A stretch of 52,437 nucleotides of DNA from a bacterium (GTDB taxonomy: Bacteria > JACRDZ01 > JAQUKH01): the NCBI GenBank assembly GCA_028719205.1, contig JAQUKH010000001.1:144603-197039 (forward strand). The letters run 5' to 3'. Each line of letters starts with the position of its first letter. Position 1 is the first letter of the stretch. Shown here piece by piece: positions 1 to 10,002 of this stretch. Position numbers and translations under genes: made by a program. Below the pieces are notes generated by a model. That model was not told where the DNA came from and made no database searches. It was given only the letters and a program-made list of their open reading frames with translations.

Positions 1-145
1 TTGCTGTGCCTTTTTCAGTGGAATAACATCGTATCCCTTCAAAAACACCAAGTCCATAGTGAAGCGTATGCGTCAGAATATGAACATTGGCATCCTTCCA
101 ATCGCAAAATTTCCCATCCATCCAAATTTTTTTAGTTTCCTGCAT
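1..145 (-). CDS. ilvE: Branched-chain amino acid aminotransferase, N-terminal part (runs off window start)
   Basis: Not in the ORF track. Manual translation from ATG at 145 gives [41 protein letters not shown], with the HYG..VFEG motif of class IV aminotransferases. Overlaps the lolD end. Confidence 0.9.
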   Translation of the reverse strand, partial: MQETKKIWMDGKFCDWKDANVHILTHTLHYGLGVFEGIRCYSTEKGTA

Positions 146-836
146 GAATTTTTTCCTCCCTGATAATCCCATCGACTAAGTGTACCCATCTGCTAAGTTT
201 TTTAGCCAGGGATTCATTATGTGTTACGATTATAAATGTTTTCTTTTTATTTTCATTTAATCCCATGATTAAATTTAGTATATAATCGCTGTTTTCTTTA
301 TCAAGACTTCCTGTAGGTTCATCAGCAAGAATCAGCTCAGGATCATTTACTAACGCCCTGGCTATAGCAACACGTTGTTGCTCTCCGCCTGACAGATCAG
401 TCGGTTTGCTTTTTGCCTTATGTTCCAGGTGCACCAATTCTAAAAGGGCAAAAGCCTTCTCTTCTAATTTTTTTCTGCTTACATTCTCGCCATAAATCAA
501 CGACGGCAAAAAAATATTTTCTAAAACATTAAATTCCGGTAATAAATTATAAAACTGGAAGATAAAACCGATTTTTTTATTTCTCCATTTAGCGCTTGCA
601 TTTTCTGAAAAAGTGTTTATATTTTTATCATTAAAAATAATTTCTCCGCTATTCGGTTTATCCAGGGCGCCGATCAAATGCAATAATGTGCTTTTTCCCG
701 ATCCGGAAGGCCCTGAAACACCCAGCATTTCACCGGTTTTCACTTCAAGATTTAACCCGTTTAAAACATCCAGCCTTTTATTCACATCATAATAATACTT
801 TACCAGATCTTTAACTTGTAATATTATATCACTCAT
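132..836 (-). CDS. lolD: Lipoprotein-releasing ABC transporter ATP-binding protein
   Basis: Walker [42 protein letters not shown]; directly downstream of the LolC/E permease. Confidence 0.88.
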   Translation of the reverse strand: MSDIILQVKDLVKYYYDVNKRLDVLNGLNLEVKTGEMLGVSGPSGSGKSTLLHLIGALDKPNSGEIIFNDKNINTFSENASAKWRNKKIGFIFQFYNLLPEFNVLENIFLPSLIYGENVSRKKLEEKAFALLELVHLEHKAKSKPTDLSGGEQQRVAIARALVNDPELILADEPTGSLDKENSDYILNLIMGLNENKKKTFIIVTHNESLAKKLSRWVHLVDGIIREEKIHAGN

Positions 837-2064
837 ATCTTAACGCTTCCACAGGATTAAGTTTTGATGCCTGATGTGCCGGATACAATGTTGCTAATGT
901 GCATATGAAAACAGCCATAATTGATACAAAAAGTACATCCCTCATTTCCAAATGAGTAGGAAGTTTACTCAGATAATAAACATCAGCGGGTATTATAGTA
1001 ATATCGAATGTATTCTCGATAAACTTAATAATACGATCTAATGAATTGGAAAGCCATATACCGCTGACTGCCCCTAAGCAAGTCCCAACTAAACCGATTA
1101 TAGATCCAAGCATTATAAATATAAAGCGTATACTTCCTGAACTCGCGCCGAGGGATTTTAAAACACCTATATCCTTTGTTTTTTCCATCACTATCATGAT
1201 CAGGGTGCTTATTATGTTAAAAGCCGCAATCAAAACACATAACGTCATAATAATTATCATTACGATCTTCTCGAGCTTAAGAGCGGAAAAAAAGTTGCGG
1301 TTCATATCTCCCCAGCTCCTGACCCAATAAGGCTCCCCAAGGCTTTTTTGAAGGTCTCTGCTTATTTCTTCCGCTTTATTAAAATCAGAAACCCTTGTTT
1401 CTATCCCGGTTACCGCGCCTATGTCCATACCATAGAGCTTTTGCCCGCTCTTAAGGGAAATGTACGCTAAGCTCGCGTCATATTCGTACATTCCTGTTTC
1501 AAATAACCCTACAACCTGAAATTCATTTGATTGGGGCATCATACCCATAGGGGTCATGATCACCTTTGTAATAGCAACTAATTTATCACCAACAGATAAA
1601 CCGAGTTTCGCGGCCAATTCACTTCCTAAAATAATCCCTTTTTCTCCAAAATTCAATTTGCCTTCAATGATATTCTTTCCTACAGAATTTACAATTTCGG
1701 GCCTTTCCTGTTCAACTCCTCTTATAATAACTCCGACCGTACTGGTTTTTGATTGAAGAATACTCTGGCCATAAATAAAAGGCGCGCTGGATGTAATTCT
1801 TTTCTCCCGCTTAATCAAATCTAATACCTTTTCATAATCCTGCAGGCCTTTATCGCCGTGCTGATAAATAACAATATGACTGTTTGTTCCAAGGATCTTA
1901 TCCGTTAGATCCTTTTCAAAACCGCTCATTACAGATAAAACCGTTATAAGTGCCATAACACCCACAGCAACCCCGAGAATTGATATAAGGGTTATTATGG
2001 GAATAAACGCCTGACGGCGTTTTGTTATTAAATAACGAATGCTTACAAACCATTCGAAAGACAT
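829..2064 (-). CDS. Lipoprotein-releasing ABC transporter permease (single LolC/LolE-family gene)
   Basis: N-terminal RYL..ISILGVAVGV..SVMSGF, MacB-type periplasmic domain, C-terminal [15 protein letters not shown]. Confidence 0.9.
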   Translation of the reverse strand: MSFEWFVSIRYLITKRRQAFIPIITLISILGVAVGVMALITVLSVMSGFEKDLTDKILGTNSHIVIYQHGDKGLQDYEKVLDLIKREKRITSSAPFIYGQSILQSKTSTVGVIIRGVEQERPEIVNSVGKNIIEGKLNFGEKGIILGSELAAKLGLSVGDKLVAITKVIMTPMGMMPQSNEFQVVGLFETGMYEYDASLAYISLKSGQKLYGMDIGAVTGIETRVSDFNKAEEISRDLQKSLGEPYWVRSWGDMNRNFFSALKLEKIVMIIIMTLCVLIAAFNIISTLIMIVMEKTKDIGVLKSLGASSGSIRFIFIMLGSIIGLVGTCLGAVSGIWLSNSLDRIIKFIENTFDITIIPADVYYLSKLPTHLEMRDVLFVSIMAVFICTLATLYPAHQASKLNPVEALRYE

Positions 2065-2070
2065 GCTATT

Positions 2071-3498
2071 TTATAATTCCTTTTTCATGTGCGGGAAAAG
2101 TATGACATCCCGTATCGAATTACAATTACAGAGAGTCATAACCAAACGGTCAATTCCTATTCCAAGACCGGCTGCGGGAGGCATACCATATTCCAAAGCA
2201 TGAACAAAATCTTCATCTATGACCTGGGGCGTCTCGTCATCCTTATCATTCAATTGTTCTTCAAGTTTTTTTCTCTGTTCTATCGGGTCATTTTGCTCTG
2301 AATAAGCATTACCTAATTCCTGTCCGCCGATAAAAAGCTCAAAACGCTCGGCAAGCGCGGAATTATCATCCCGTGTTTTAGACAAAGGACTGAATTCTAT
2401 CGGATAATCGGTAATAAAAGTAGGCTGTATAAGGCTTGGCTCCACCAATTCCTCAAATATCTTATTTTTCAATTTATTGCCCGCGTGCCCCTGCGCTTTG
2501 AATATTTTTTCGTGTTTTTCATAAACCGCCGGTTCTATCTTCTTTAAAGCTTCTTCAAAGGTCAGGATATTCCAGGGAGGCGTTAAATTTATCTTTTTTC
2601 CGTACATTTCAAAATCGAGTGAACTAAACACTTCCTTCGCTACGTTTACAATTAAATTCTGACATAATTCCAGAACACTTTTATAGTTAACATATGCCTG
2701 ATATATTTCGATCATTGTAAATTCCGGATTATGGCGCGTGGATATTCCTTCATTCCGGAAATTGCGGTTTATTTCATATACTTTCTCAAAACTGCCGACC
2801 AAAAGCCTTTTTAAATAAAGTTCGGGAGCAACCCTGAGATACAGATCCATATCCAACGTGTTATGATGTGTAATAAAAGGCCTTGCGGTCGCGCCGCCCC
2901 ATAAAGGCTGCATCATCGGGGTTTCGACTTCTAAAAACCCCTCTTTTTCCAGGTAGTCCCTTATTGATTTAATTATCTTTGAACGGTAATAAAATACCTT
3001 TTTAACATCATCATTTACTAAAAGGTCCAAATATCTCTGCCGGTATCTTAATTCAACATCTTTCAAACCATGCCATTTTTCAGGAAGCGGCATCAAGGAC
3101 TTACTCAAAAATGTCATTTCTTTCGCGAAAATCGTAATTTCTCCCGTATGTGTCTTAAAAATTGTTCCTTCAATTCCTATAAAATCACCTATATCCAATG
3201 CCTTTGAAAATTCTTTTTTATTATCAGTATCAAGCTTTAGATATACCTGTATCTGCCCGCTTTCATCCTTAATATTGAAAAATACTGTTTTCCCATGGCT
3301 TCGGAAAGAAACTATCCTGCCTGCGGCTTTAAAGGTCTCTTTACTTTCTTCGTTTTGAGCCAAAGAGGAATATTTATCAAGAATGGTTTTTGCAGGCGTT
3401 TTCCCCGGAAAAGCATGAGGGTATGTATCAATATTCAGATTCTTTAAACTTTCTAATTTTTTTAATCTCTCAGCTGTCAAAAGGTCAATATTTGCCAT
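2071..3498 (-). CDS. lysS: Lysine--tRNA ligase (class II)
   Basis: PLPEKWHGL, RYRQRYLDL, YLRVAPELYLKRL, FRNEG..HNPEF, GLGIGIDRL. Confidence 0.98.
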   Translation of the reverse strand: MANIDLLTAERLKKLESLKNLNIDTYPHAFPGKTPAKTILDKYSSLAQNEESKETFKAAGRIVSFRSHGKTVFFNIKDESGQIQVYLKLDTDNKKEFSKALDIGDFIGIEGTIFKTHTGEITIFAKEMTFLSKSLMPLPEKWHGLKDVELRYRQRYLDLLVNDDVKKVFYYRSKIIKSIRDYLEKEGFLEVETPMMQPLWGGATARPFITHHNTLDMDLYLRVAPELYLKRLLVGSFEKVYEINRNFRNEGISTRHNPEFTMIEIYQAYVNYKSVLELCQNLIVNVAKEVFSSLDFEMYGKKINLTPPWNILTFEEALKKIEPAVYEKHEKIFKAQGHAGNKLKNKIFEELVEPSLIQPTFITDYPIEFSPLSKTRDDNSALAERFELFIGGQELGNAYSEQNDPIEQRKKLEEQLNDKDDETPQVIDEDFVHALEYGMPPAAGLGIGIDRLVMTLCNCNSIRDVILFPHMKKEL

Positions 3499-3534
3499 GA
3501 TTTTCCACTTTCTTTATTGTTTAACAAATTAGTT

Positions 3535-3564
3535 ATTATACTCTTTTAATTGATTTTATGTCAA
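3535..3564 (-). promoter_or_regulatory. Sigma70 promoter for lysS-lolC/E-lolD-ilvE
   Basis: Exact TTGACA (3564-3559), 18-nt spacer, exact TATAAT (3540-3535). Confidence 0.75.
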
Positions 3565-3615
3565 GGACAAAGTGGCCTATTTTTATTATAATTTTCTAAT
3601 AATATTCAGATTAAC

Positions 3616-3644
3616 TTGACCTAACCCAAAAGCTTAGATACAAT
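3616..3644 (+). promoter_or_regulatory. Sigma70 promoter for the diguanylate cyclase, probably leaderless
   Basis: TTGACC-N17-TACAAT; only 7 nt (ATCTGAT) between the -10 box and ATG 3652, no Shine-Dalgarno. Confidence 0.65.
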
Positions 3645-3651
3645 ATCTGAT

Positions 3652-4908
3652 ATGGAAAACATTCTTGTTGTTGAAGACAGTATTTTATCCAGCCAAATGA
3701 TCGTAAACAGACTTACAGAAAAAAATGAATTTAAAGTAATTTGTGTTAAAAACATGGCCGAAGCGACTAAATTTTTAGACAATTTCCCCGAAGAGATCTT
3801 TGCGGCAATTGTTGAATTTAAGTTGCCTGACGCGCCTAATGGCGAAGTTATAAATATTTTTGTTGAGAAAAATATTTCTGTAATTGTATTTACCGTAATT
3901 GTAAATAAAGAAATAAGGGAAATTGTATGGTCAAAATCAGTAACGGACTACGTGCTTAAAATTGATCCTCATAATCTTGACTATATAATGGCCTCTCTCA
4001 GGCGGCTCAAAAAAAATCCTGAAATAAAAATCATTGTCGCAGTAAAAGACGCATCGTTCGCTAAGGAAATTAAAAGGCTTCTAAATATACATAAATATAA
4101 TGTCATTGTAGCTGAAGATGGATTAGAGGCTTTAAAATTTATTGAAAATAATCCTGAAACAAAAGTTGTTATAACCGAATTAAACATTCCTAAAATGGAT
4201 GGATTCGCGCTGATATACCATATTCGAGAAAAATATACGAAAGACGATCTTGCCGTAATTGGCATTAATCCTGAAGATGATCCTCTTTTATCAACACGTT
4301 TTATTAAATACGGCGCGAATGATATTATTTTAAAAAAATCTTTTATTCCTGAGGATTTCTATCGTCATATTACTCAAAACCTGGAGAATATCGAACATAT
4401 TGAAATGGTGAGGAACGCGTCTTTGATCGATTTTCTTACCGGCCTTAATAACCGAAGGTATTTTTTTGAATTTGGGCAAAAGCTTATTGAAAATGCTTTG
4501 AGAAATAATATTTCTTTAACCTGTGCTATGCTTGATATAGATGAATTCAAAAAAATAAACGATACTTACGGCCATGATACCGGAGATCTAGTTCTTACAC
4601 AAATTTCTTCGATATTAAAAAGTAAAATTCGAAAATCGGATATAGTCGCAAGAATCGGCGGTGAAGAATTTTGCGTATTAGCCGTTAATATGAAAAAAGA
4701 ATTTGTGTTTAAAGTATTTGATAATCTGCGCAAAGAAATTGAAAATAATTATATAGATATAGGTAACGGCAATAAAATAAATATTACTGTTAGTATAGGA
4801 GTTTATAATAATTTTTTACCAAATCTTGATGATATACTTAAAAAATCTGATGATCTTCTCTATGAAGCAAAAAAAACAGGAAGGAACAAAATAGTACTTA
4901 GCAGGTAA
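3652..4908 (+). CDS. REC-REC-GGDEF diguanylate cyclase (PleD-like architecture)
   Basis: Two receiver-like domains, DFLTGLNNRR, DIDEFKKINDTYGHDTGD, RKSD I-site, GGEEF active site. Confidence 0.92.
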   Translation: MENILVVEDSILSSQMIVNRLTEKNEFKVICVKNMAEATKFLDNFPEEIFAAIVEFKLPDAPNGEVINIFVEKNISVIVFTVIVNKEIREIVWSKSVTDYVLKIDPHNLDYIMASLRRLKKNPEIKIIVAVKDASFAKEIKRLLNIHKYNVIVAEDGLEALKFIENNPETKVVITELNIPKMDGFALIYHIREKYTKDDLAVIGINPEDDPLLSTRFIKYGANDIILKKSFIPEDFYRHITQNLENIEHIEMVRNASLIDFLTGLNNRRYFFEFGQKLIENALRNNISLTCAMLDIDEFKKINDTYGHDTGDLVLTQISSILKSKIRKSDIVARIGGEEFCVLAVNMKKEFVFKVFDNLRKEIENNYIDIGNGNKINITVSIGVYNNFLPNLDDILKKSDDLLYEAKKTGRNKIVLSR

Positions 4909-4922
4909 TAGGAGAATACCGG

Positions 4923-5780
4923 CTACTTTAAATGTTCTTCCGCGGTGGGTATCCATTTACCTTCATTGGGATCTTTTGCAGCCTGTTCTAAATATTTTCG
5001 CCAAAATTCTTTAGCCTTATCTTTCTCATTGATCTTTTCATACACTAAGGCTAAATTCATATACGCAGGGCTGTAATTTTGTTTGATATTTATCGCTTTC
5101 TCAAATTCCTCTATCGCTTTATCCCATTTCATCTGGCTATAATAGGATAATCCCAATGTGTAATGTGATTCCGGTAATTTATCGGCTTTCTGCAATTCGC
5201 TTTTCGCCAGTTTATAAAGCCCCATATGTTCATATACCAGGGCAAGTTTATAATTTACTTCTACCAGCTCAGGATTTACAAATAAAACATTTTTATACTC
5301 CTCTTCAGCCCAGTTATATTGTTTTCTATATGCATAATCATCAGCCGAGATCATTAATCTCACGGAAATTTTGTCCAAAACGTCTTTTCCCTCTTTAGCA
5401 TATGGGCTTTCAGGAAAATTTTTAATAATTTGTTTGTATAGCGGCACATATTCTTTATATGAACCGTATCTTTGCTTAATTTTTATCATACATTCCATAC
5501 AATTCAGAACATACTTGCTGTCAGGACATTCTTCTAATATTTTGTTATATTCTTTGTATGCCTTTAACCACTTTTCCTTTTGTTTTAAATTTTCTTCAAG
5601 ATCTACGATAAGCCTGCCGGTTTCGTCTTCTAATTTAAATAATGCCTGCGCCTTTTCAAAATTTATCTTAGCTATTTCGTCCTGTTCTTCAACTGACTTT
5701 TTACAGCCGGAAAAAGATAACATGATCAAAAATATTATAAATATTTTTTTATTTATAACTGATAACTGATAACTGTTCAC
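4923..5780 (-). CDS. TPR-repeat lipoprotein (BamD/YfiO-like N-terminal half)
   Basis: Hydrophobic leader ending in lipobox FSGC; YPxS-type repeats (CPDS, FPES); several TPR helices (HYTLGLSYY, AYMNLALVYE). GTG start is uncertain. Confidence 0.7.
   Translation of the reverse strand: MNSYQLSVINKKIFIIFLIMLSFSGCKKSVEEQDEIAKINFEKAQALFKLEDETGRLIVDLEENLKQKEKWLKAYKEYNKILEECPDSKYVLNCMECMIKIKQRYGSYKEYVPLYKQIIKNFPESPYAKEGKDVLDKISVRLMISADDYAYRKQYNWAEEEYKNVLFVNPELVEVNYKLALVYEHMGLYKLAKSELQKADKLPESHYTLGLSYYSQMKWDKAIEEFEKAINIKQNYSPAYMNLALVYEKINEKDKAKEFWRKYLEQAAKDPNEGKWIPTAEEHLK
5755..5775. repeat. Heptamer tandem repeat (ATAACTG)x3, i.e. (CAGTTAT)x3 on the minus strand
   Basis: Read directly: ataactg ataactg ataactg. 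Confidence 0.8.
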
Positions 5781-5783
5781 TTA

Positions 5784-6947
5784 TTATTTCCCCATTCCTA
5801 CTTTTTGCGCTTTTTGAAAAACTTTGCCTTCTGTTTGAATTGACGGCGCGATAATAATTTCAGTTAATTGCATTTCCCTGATATTTTTAGCACCAAGATT
5901 TCCCATTGAAGTTTGTAACGCTCCTGCTAAATTCTGCGAGCCATCATCTAATTTTGCCGGCCCGAATAAAATTTCTTTCAGAGTTCCGGTTGTCCCTACT
6001 TTTATCCGTGTCCCACGCGGTAAATTAGCGTGAGGTGTTGCCATTCCCCAATGGAATCCTCTTCCCGGCGCTTCTTTAGCTTTCGCGAACGCGGAACCGA
6101 TCATTACAGCATCCGCCCCGCAAGCAATCGCTTTGCATATATCCCCGCCTATATTCATCCCGCCATCAGTAATAATTGGAACGTATTTACCTGATTTTTT
6201 ATAATAAAAATCTCTCGCGTCCGCGCAATCAATTGTAGCAGTTACTTGAGGGATCCCAATTCCTAAAACACCTCTGGTTGTGCACGCGGCGCCCGGCCCG
6301 ATCCCTACGAAAATACCATCCGCTCCGGTTCCCATAAGTTCCAATGCTACTTCGTATGTAACACAATTGCCGATAATTACAGGAATCTTCATCTTTTTAC
6401 AAAACGCTGACAGATCAAAAGTTTTATATTCAGAAGAAATATGTTTAACGGTAAGAACTGTAGATTGAACTACAAATATATCAACCCCTGCCTCCTGAGC
6501 TATCTCGCCAAAACGTTCCGCTCTTTGAGGGATTGAAGATACAACCGCGGGAACATTATGAGCCTTGATCTCCTTGATCCGCTTAGCTATAAGTTCTTCT
6601 TTTATCGGTTTAAGATAAACTTCCTGAACTAATTTTGTTGCATCCTCAGGTGACGCGTTTGCAATTTCATCCAAAACTACGGATGGATTTTCATATCTGG
6701 TCTGAATTCCTTCCAGGTTCAAAACCGCGAAACTGCCTAATTTACCCATTTCCACGGCAAAATTTGTATCAACTACCCCATCCATTGCAGCCGCTATTAT
6801 GGGAATTGAAAACTTTTTATCACGGAGTTCCCATTTGATATCAACTTCATTTGGATTAACCGTCAGATTACCCGGAACTAACGCGATCTCATCAAAACCA
6901 TAACACCGCCGGGCCTTCCTGCCCCTGCCAATATATTCTCCACCCAT
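5784..6947 (-). CDS. GuaB3-family IMP dehydrogenase-related protein (no CBS domain)
   Basis: YGFDEIALVP, AAAMDGVV, catalytic loop GIGPGAACTTR, ITDGGM..GGDICKAIACGADAVMIGS, WGMA; SD AGGAGG upstream. Confidence 0.88.
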   Translation of the reverse strand: MGGEYIGRGRKARRCYGFDEIALVPGNLTVNPNEVDIKWELRDKKFSIPIIAAAMDGVVDTNFAVEMGKLGSFAVLNLEGIQTRYENPSVVLDEIANASPEDATKLVQEVYLKPIKEELIAKRIKEIKAHNVPAVVSSIPQRAERFGEIAQEAGVDIFVVQSTVLTVKHISSEYKTFDLSAFCKKMKIPVIIGNCVTYEVALELMGTGADGIFVGIGPGAACTTRGVLGIGIPQVTATIDCADARDFYYKKSGKYVPIITDGGMNIGGDICKAIACGADAVMIGSAFAKAKEAPGRGFHWGMATPHANLPRGTRIKVGTTGTLKEILFGPAKLDDGSQNLAGALQTSMGNLGAKNIREMQLTEIIIAPSIQTEGKVFQKAQKVGMGK

Positions 6948-6988
6948 AAAGAACCTCCTCTTTTTTTGAGATTATAACATTTATTAAA

Positions 6989-7777
6989 TTACTTATCTAT
7001 ATTTTTTTCCAATATTAATCTAAGCCCTTTTAAAGTCAGAAAAGGATCAACAATATCAATACTTTTAACATCTTTAGATAAAAATCCGGATAGTCCGCCT
7101 GTGGCTATAACTTTAGAATTCTCCTTAAATTTTAATTCTTTTTTAAGCGCGCGGATAATGCCTTCTGTCTGAAAAATAGTACCATAGTACAATCCTGAAT
7201 TTATTCCATCAACAGTATTTTTACCAATGATATTTAATGGTTTAATTATTTCAACCTTTGGCAGTTTTGCCGTTTTTAAATATAATACTTCCGCTGATAT
7301 CTTTATACCGGGGAGAATAATACCCCCCAGATATTCTCCTTTTTCACTAACACAATCATAAGTTGTGGCAGTCCCGTAATCTACAATGATAACCGGCCCT
7401 TTATATTCCTTGAACCCGCCTACCGCGTTCGCGATCCTATCCGCTCCAAGTTCTTCAGGATTATCTATGACAATCTTAATATCCAAATTTATTTTATTTC
7501 CTGCCTCGATCGGAATAATATTTAAATATTTTTGGCTGAACTTTCTAACTTCCTTACCTGTTTCAGGAACTACGTTTGAGATAATGAACGCCTTTATTTT
7601 CTTTGACGATACATTAATTTGTTTGATAAAGCCGTCAATTAAGGAAATATACTCATTTGTTTTTCTTCCCTTAACCGTATCAAACCGCCAGCTTTTGAGT
7701 AATTTCATACCTTTAAAAATACCGACACTCGTTTGAGTATTACCAATATCAAAGGCTAGATAGTAATTATCGTTCAT
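6989..7777 (-). CDS. coaX: Type III pantothenate kinase
   Basis: DIGNT, LGADR, VDYGTATT, GG.ILPG, VIATGG. Confidence 0.95.
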   Translation of the reverse strand: MNDNYYLAFDIGNTQTSVGIFKGMKLLKSWRFDTVKGRKTNEYISLIDGFIKQINVSSKKIKAFIISNVVPETGKEVRKFSQKYLNIIPIEAGNKINLDIKIVIDNPEELGADRIANAVGGFKEYKGPVIIVDYGTATTYDCVSEKGEYLGGIILPGIKISAEVLYLKTAKLPKVEIIKPLNIIGKNTVDGINSGLYYGTIFQTEGIIRALKKELKFKENSKVIATGGLSGFLSKDVKSIDIVDPFLTLKGLRLILEKNIDK

Positions 7778-7813
7778 TATTACCCCTTAAAATTAGAATC
7801 TTCTCATTCGTTA

Positions 7814-8785
7814 TTAATTAATAATATCACCGCTGCTAATTTTTATTAACTTCCCGGATTTATCTTTTAATATAAGGCATCCGCTTTCATCAATCCTGAT
7901 CGCCTTGCCTTTTATAATACCGGTTTGTGTTTCAACATTGATCATTTTGCCAAGATTACAACATAATTCAGAATAAATTCTAATAATATCATTTTTATTA
8001 CCCGGGAATCTCAGATATCTATTTTCAATATTTTCTAAAATACCAACTAATAATTTTACGCGTGATATTATATTCCCTTTAGCAATTTTTAATGAGCTTG
8101 CCTTATCCTTTAAATATTTCGGATAATCTTTTGTGTTAAGATTTACATCGATTCCAATTCCGATTATCAGGAAATTTATTTTATCAATTTCCGCTTTCAT
8201 CTCCAAAAGTATCCCGCCGATCTTTTTGTTATTTACCAGCAGGTCGTTCGGCCATTTTATATTTACATCCAGATCCTGTGTTCTTTTTATCGTTTCCGCG
8301 CAGGCAACAGCTGTTAATAAAGGCATTAATGTTATATCAGAAAAATTGAACTTAGGTTTTAAAATGAGCGAGAACCACAAGCCTTTTCCTTTAGGAGAAA
8401 ACCATTCCCTTCCCATTCTGCCACGGCCGTTAGTTTGAGATTCTGCGATAAATACAGCGCCTTCATCATTGTTTTTCAAAGCGTATTGATACGCCAGGTC
8501 ATTTGTTGAACCGGCTTTCTCAAAAAATAATATTTTTTTACCGATTGTTTTTGTATTTAATTCAGAAAATATCTCTTCCGGCGTAAAACATTCTTTTTTG
8601 CCGGTCAAATAATAACCTTTACGAGGTATCGACCTGATATCATAACCTTCGCTTTTTAAGATATTGATCTTTTTCCATATCGCCGTTCGTGAAACATTAT
8701 TTTTATTACTTAATTTGCTCCCGGAAATAATATTCCCGTTCTTCAGTTCTTCTAATATTCCTGATGACAGCTTTAATGATTTCAT
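7814..8785 (-). CDS. birA: Bifunctional biotin--protein ligase / biotin operon repressor with N-terminal wHTH
   Basis: SGSKLS..VSRTAIWK HTH, STN, QTNGRGRMGREW, KWPND, KKIGGIL. Confidence 0.95.
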   Translation of the reverse strand: MKSLKLSSGILEELKNGNIISGSKLSNKNNVSRTAIWKKINILKSEGYDIRSIPRKGYYLTGKKECFTPEEIFSELNTKTIGKKILFFEKAGSTNDLAYQYALKNNDEGAVFIAESQTNGRGRMGREWFSPKGKGLWFSLILKPKFNFSDITLMPLLTAVACAETIKRTQDLDVNIKWPNDLLVNNKKIGGILLEMKAEIDKINFLIIGIGIDVNLNTKDYPKYLKDKASSLKIAKGNIISRVKLLVGILENIENRYLRFPGNKNDIIRIYSELCCNLGKMINVETQTGIIKGKAIRIDESGCLILKDKSGKLIKISSGDIIN

Positions 8786-9714
8786 TTAATTATCAGGCTC
8801 ATATCCAGCGCTTTGGCTGAGTGTGTAATCGCCCCGATGGAAATATAATCCACTCCTGTCCGCGCGATTTGTTTTACATTATTCAAATTAATATTTCCCG
8901 AAGCCTCAAGTTTTATCTTCTCAGGAACGATTCCGCGGGCTTTTTTCATATCAGATATTTTCATATTATCGAGCATAATAATATCCGGCGAATAATGAAT
9001 TGCCTCTATAAGTTCTTTAATATTTTGCACTTCAATTTCCACTAATTTATTTTTTACGGCCTTTTTTTTCAGGAGCTCAAATATTTTTGTTATTCCATTA
9101 TTTATTTTTATATGATTTTCTTTGATCAGTATCATATCATCCAGGCCAAAACGATGATTAAAACAGCCGCCGGCCTTTACAGAGTATTTTTCTAAAAATC
9201 TATACAGGGGCATTGTTTTGCGCGTATCCAGTATTTTAACAGAATGCGGTTTTATCATTTTATTAAATTTATTTGATAATGTTGCTATCCCTGAAAAATG
9301 CTGAAGAAAATTCAATGCCACTCTTTCCCCTTTAAGAATAGAATCAGCCGGGCCTGATATAACAGCGATAACATCTCCATTTTTTACTTCATCCCCGTCT
9401 TTTTTATTAAAAGATATTTTAATATTTTTATTTATCAATAAATATATATCCCTGACAATGAACAAACATGAAAGGACTCCGGTTTCTTTGGCCCTGATCT
9501 CCGCGCGAACGGTCTTATTTTTTGGAATTAGATAAAAGGATGTTATATCCGTACCGTTAATATCTTCTTTTAAAGCAGATTTGAGCATTTGCGGATAACT
9601 TATCGGAAAATATCCTTTAAATTTTTTACTATTTAGAATTTTACTATTAAATATCTCAGGCAGGGAAACAGCATTATTTTCGGCAAAACAATGTGTGGTT
9701 CTTCTAGAGAACAT
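8782..9714 (-). CDS. nadC: Nicotinate-nucleotide pyrophosphorylase (quinolinate phosphoribosyltransferase)
   Basis: ER.ALNFLQ.FSGIAT, DTRKT, NHRFGLDDMILIKENH, IMLDN, EASG; true start codon uncertain. Confidence 0.95.
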   Translation of the reverse strand: MFSRRTTHCFAENNAVSLPEIFNSKILNSKKFKGYFPISYPQMLKSALKEDINGTDITSFYLIPKNKTVRAEIRAKETGVLSCLFIVRDIYLLINKNIKISFNKKDGDEVKNGDVIAVISGPADSILKGERVALNFLQHFSGIATLSNKFNKMIKPHSVKILDTRKTMPLYRFLEKYSVKAGGCFNHRFGLDDMILIKENHIKINNGITKIFELLKKKAVKNKLVEIEVQNIKELIEAIHYSPDIIMLDNMKISDMKKARGIVPEKIKLEASGNINLNNVKQIARTGVDYISIGAITHSAKALDMSLIIK

Positions 9715-9985
9715 AATTTTTACGTTTGGCTATATCTTCTCTTGTTTTCATGTACATAGCCTTATATTCAGAACTACCTTCAGGTATATTGCGGGAATAA
9801 GAACTCATTATCTTTTTTGTTTCAGCTTCGATTTCATCTTCAATTGACAAGTCATTAATGATTATTTTCTTAACAAACTCTATTAATTCATCCTCATCCA
9901 GATCCGAATAAATGAGATCATCATCCAATATCCTGCCTACTATCTTATAACTTAGATCAACTATCCTGTCTTCACTTAAACGCAC
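9704..9985 (-). CDS. DUF507-like small protein
   Basis: MRLSED N-terminus, E..IE.E..K acidic helix, short C-terminal K..YVL; tandem with a paralogue. Confidence 0.65.
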   Translation of the reverse strand: MRLSEDRIVDLSYKIVGRILDDDLIYSDLDEDELIEFVKKIIINDLSIEDEIEAETKKIMSSYSRNIPEGSSEYKAMYMKTREDIAKRKNYVL

Positions 9986-10002
9986 TTTAATGGCTCCTTA
10001 TT

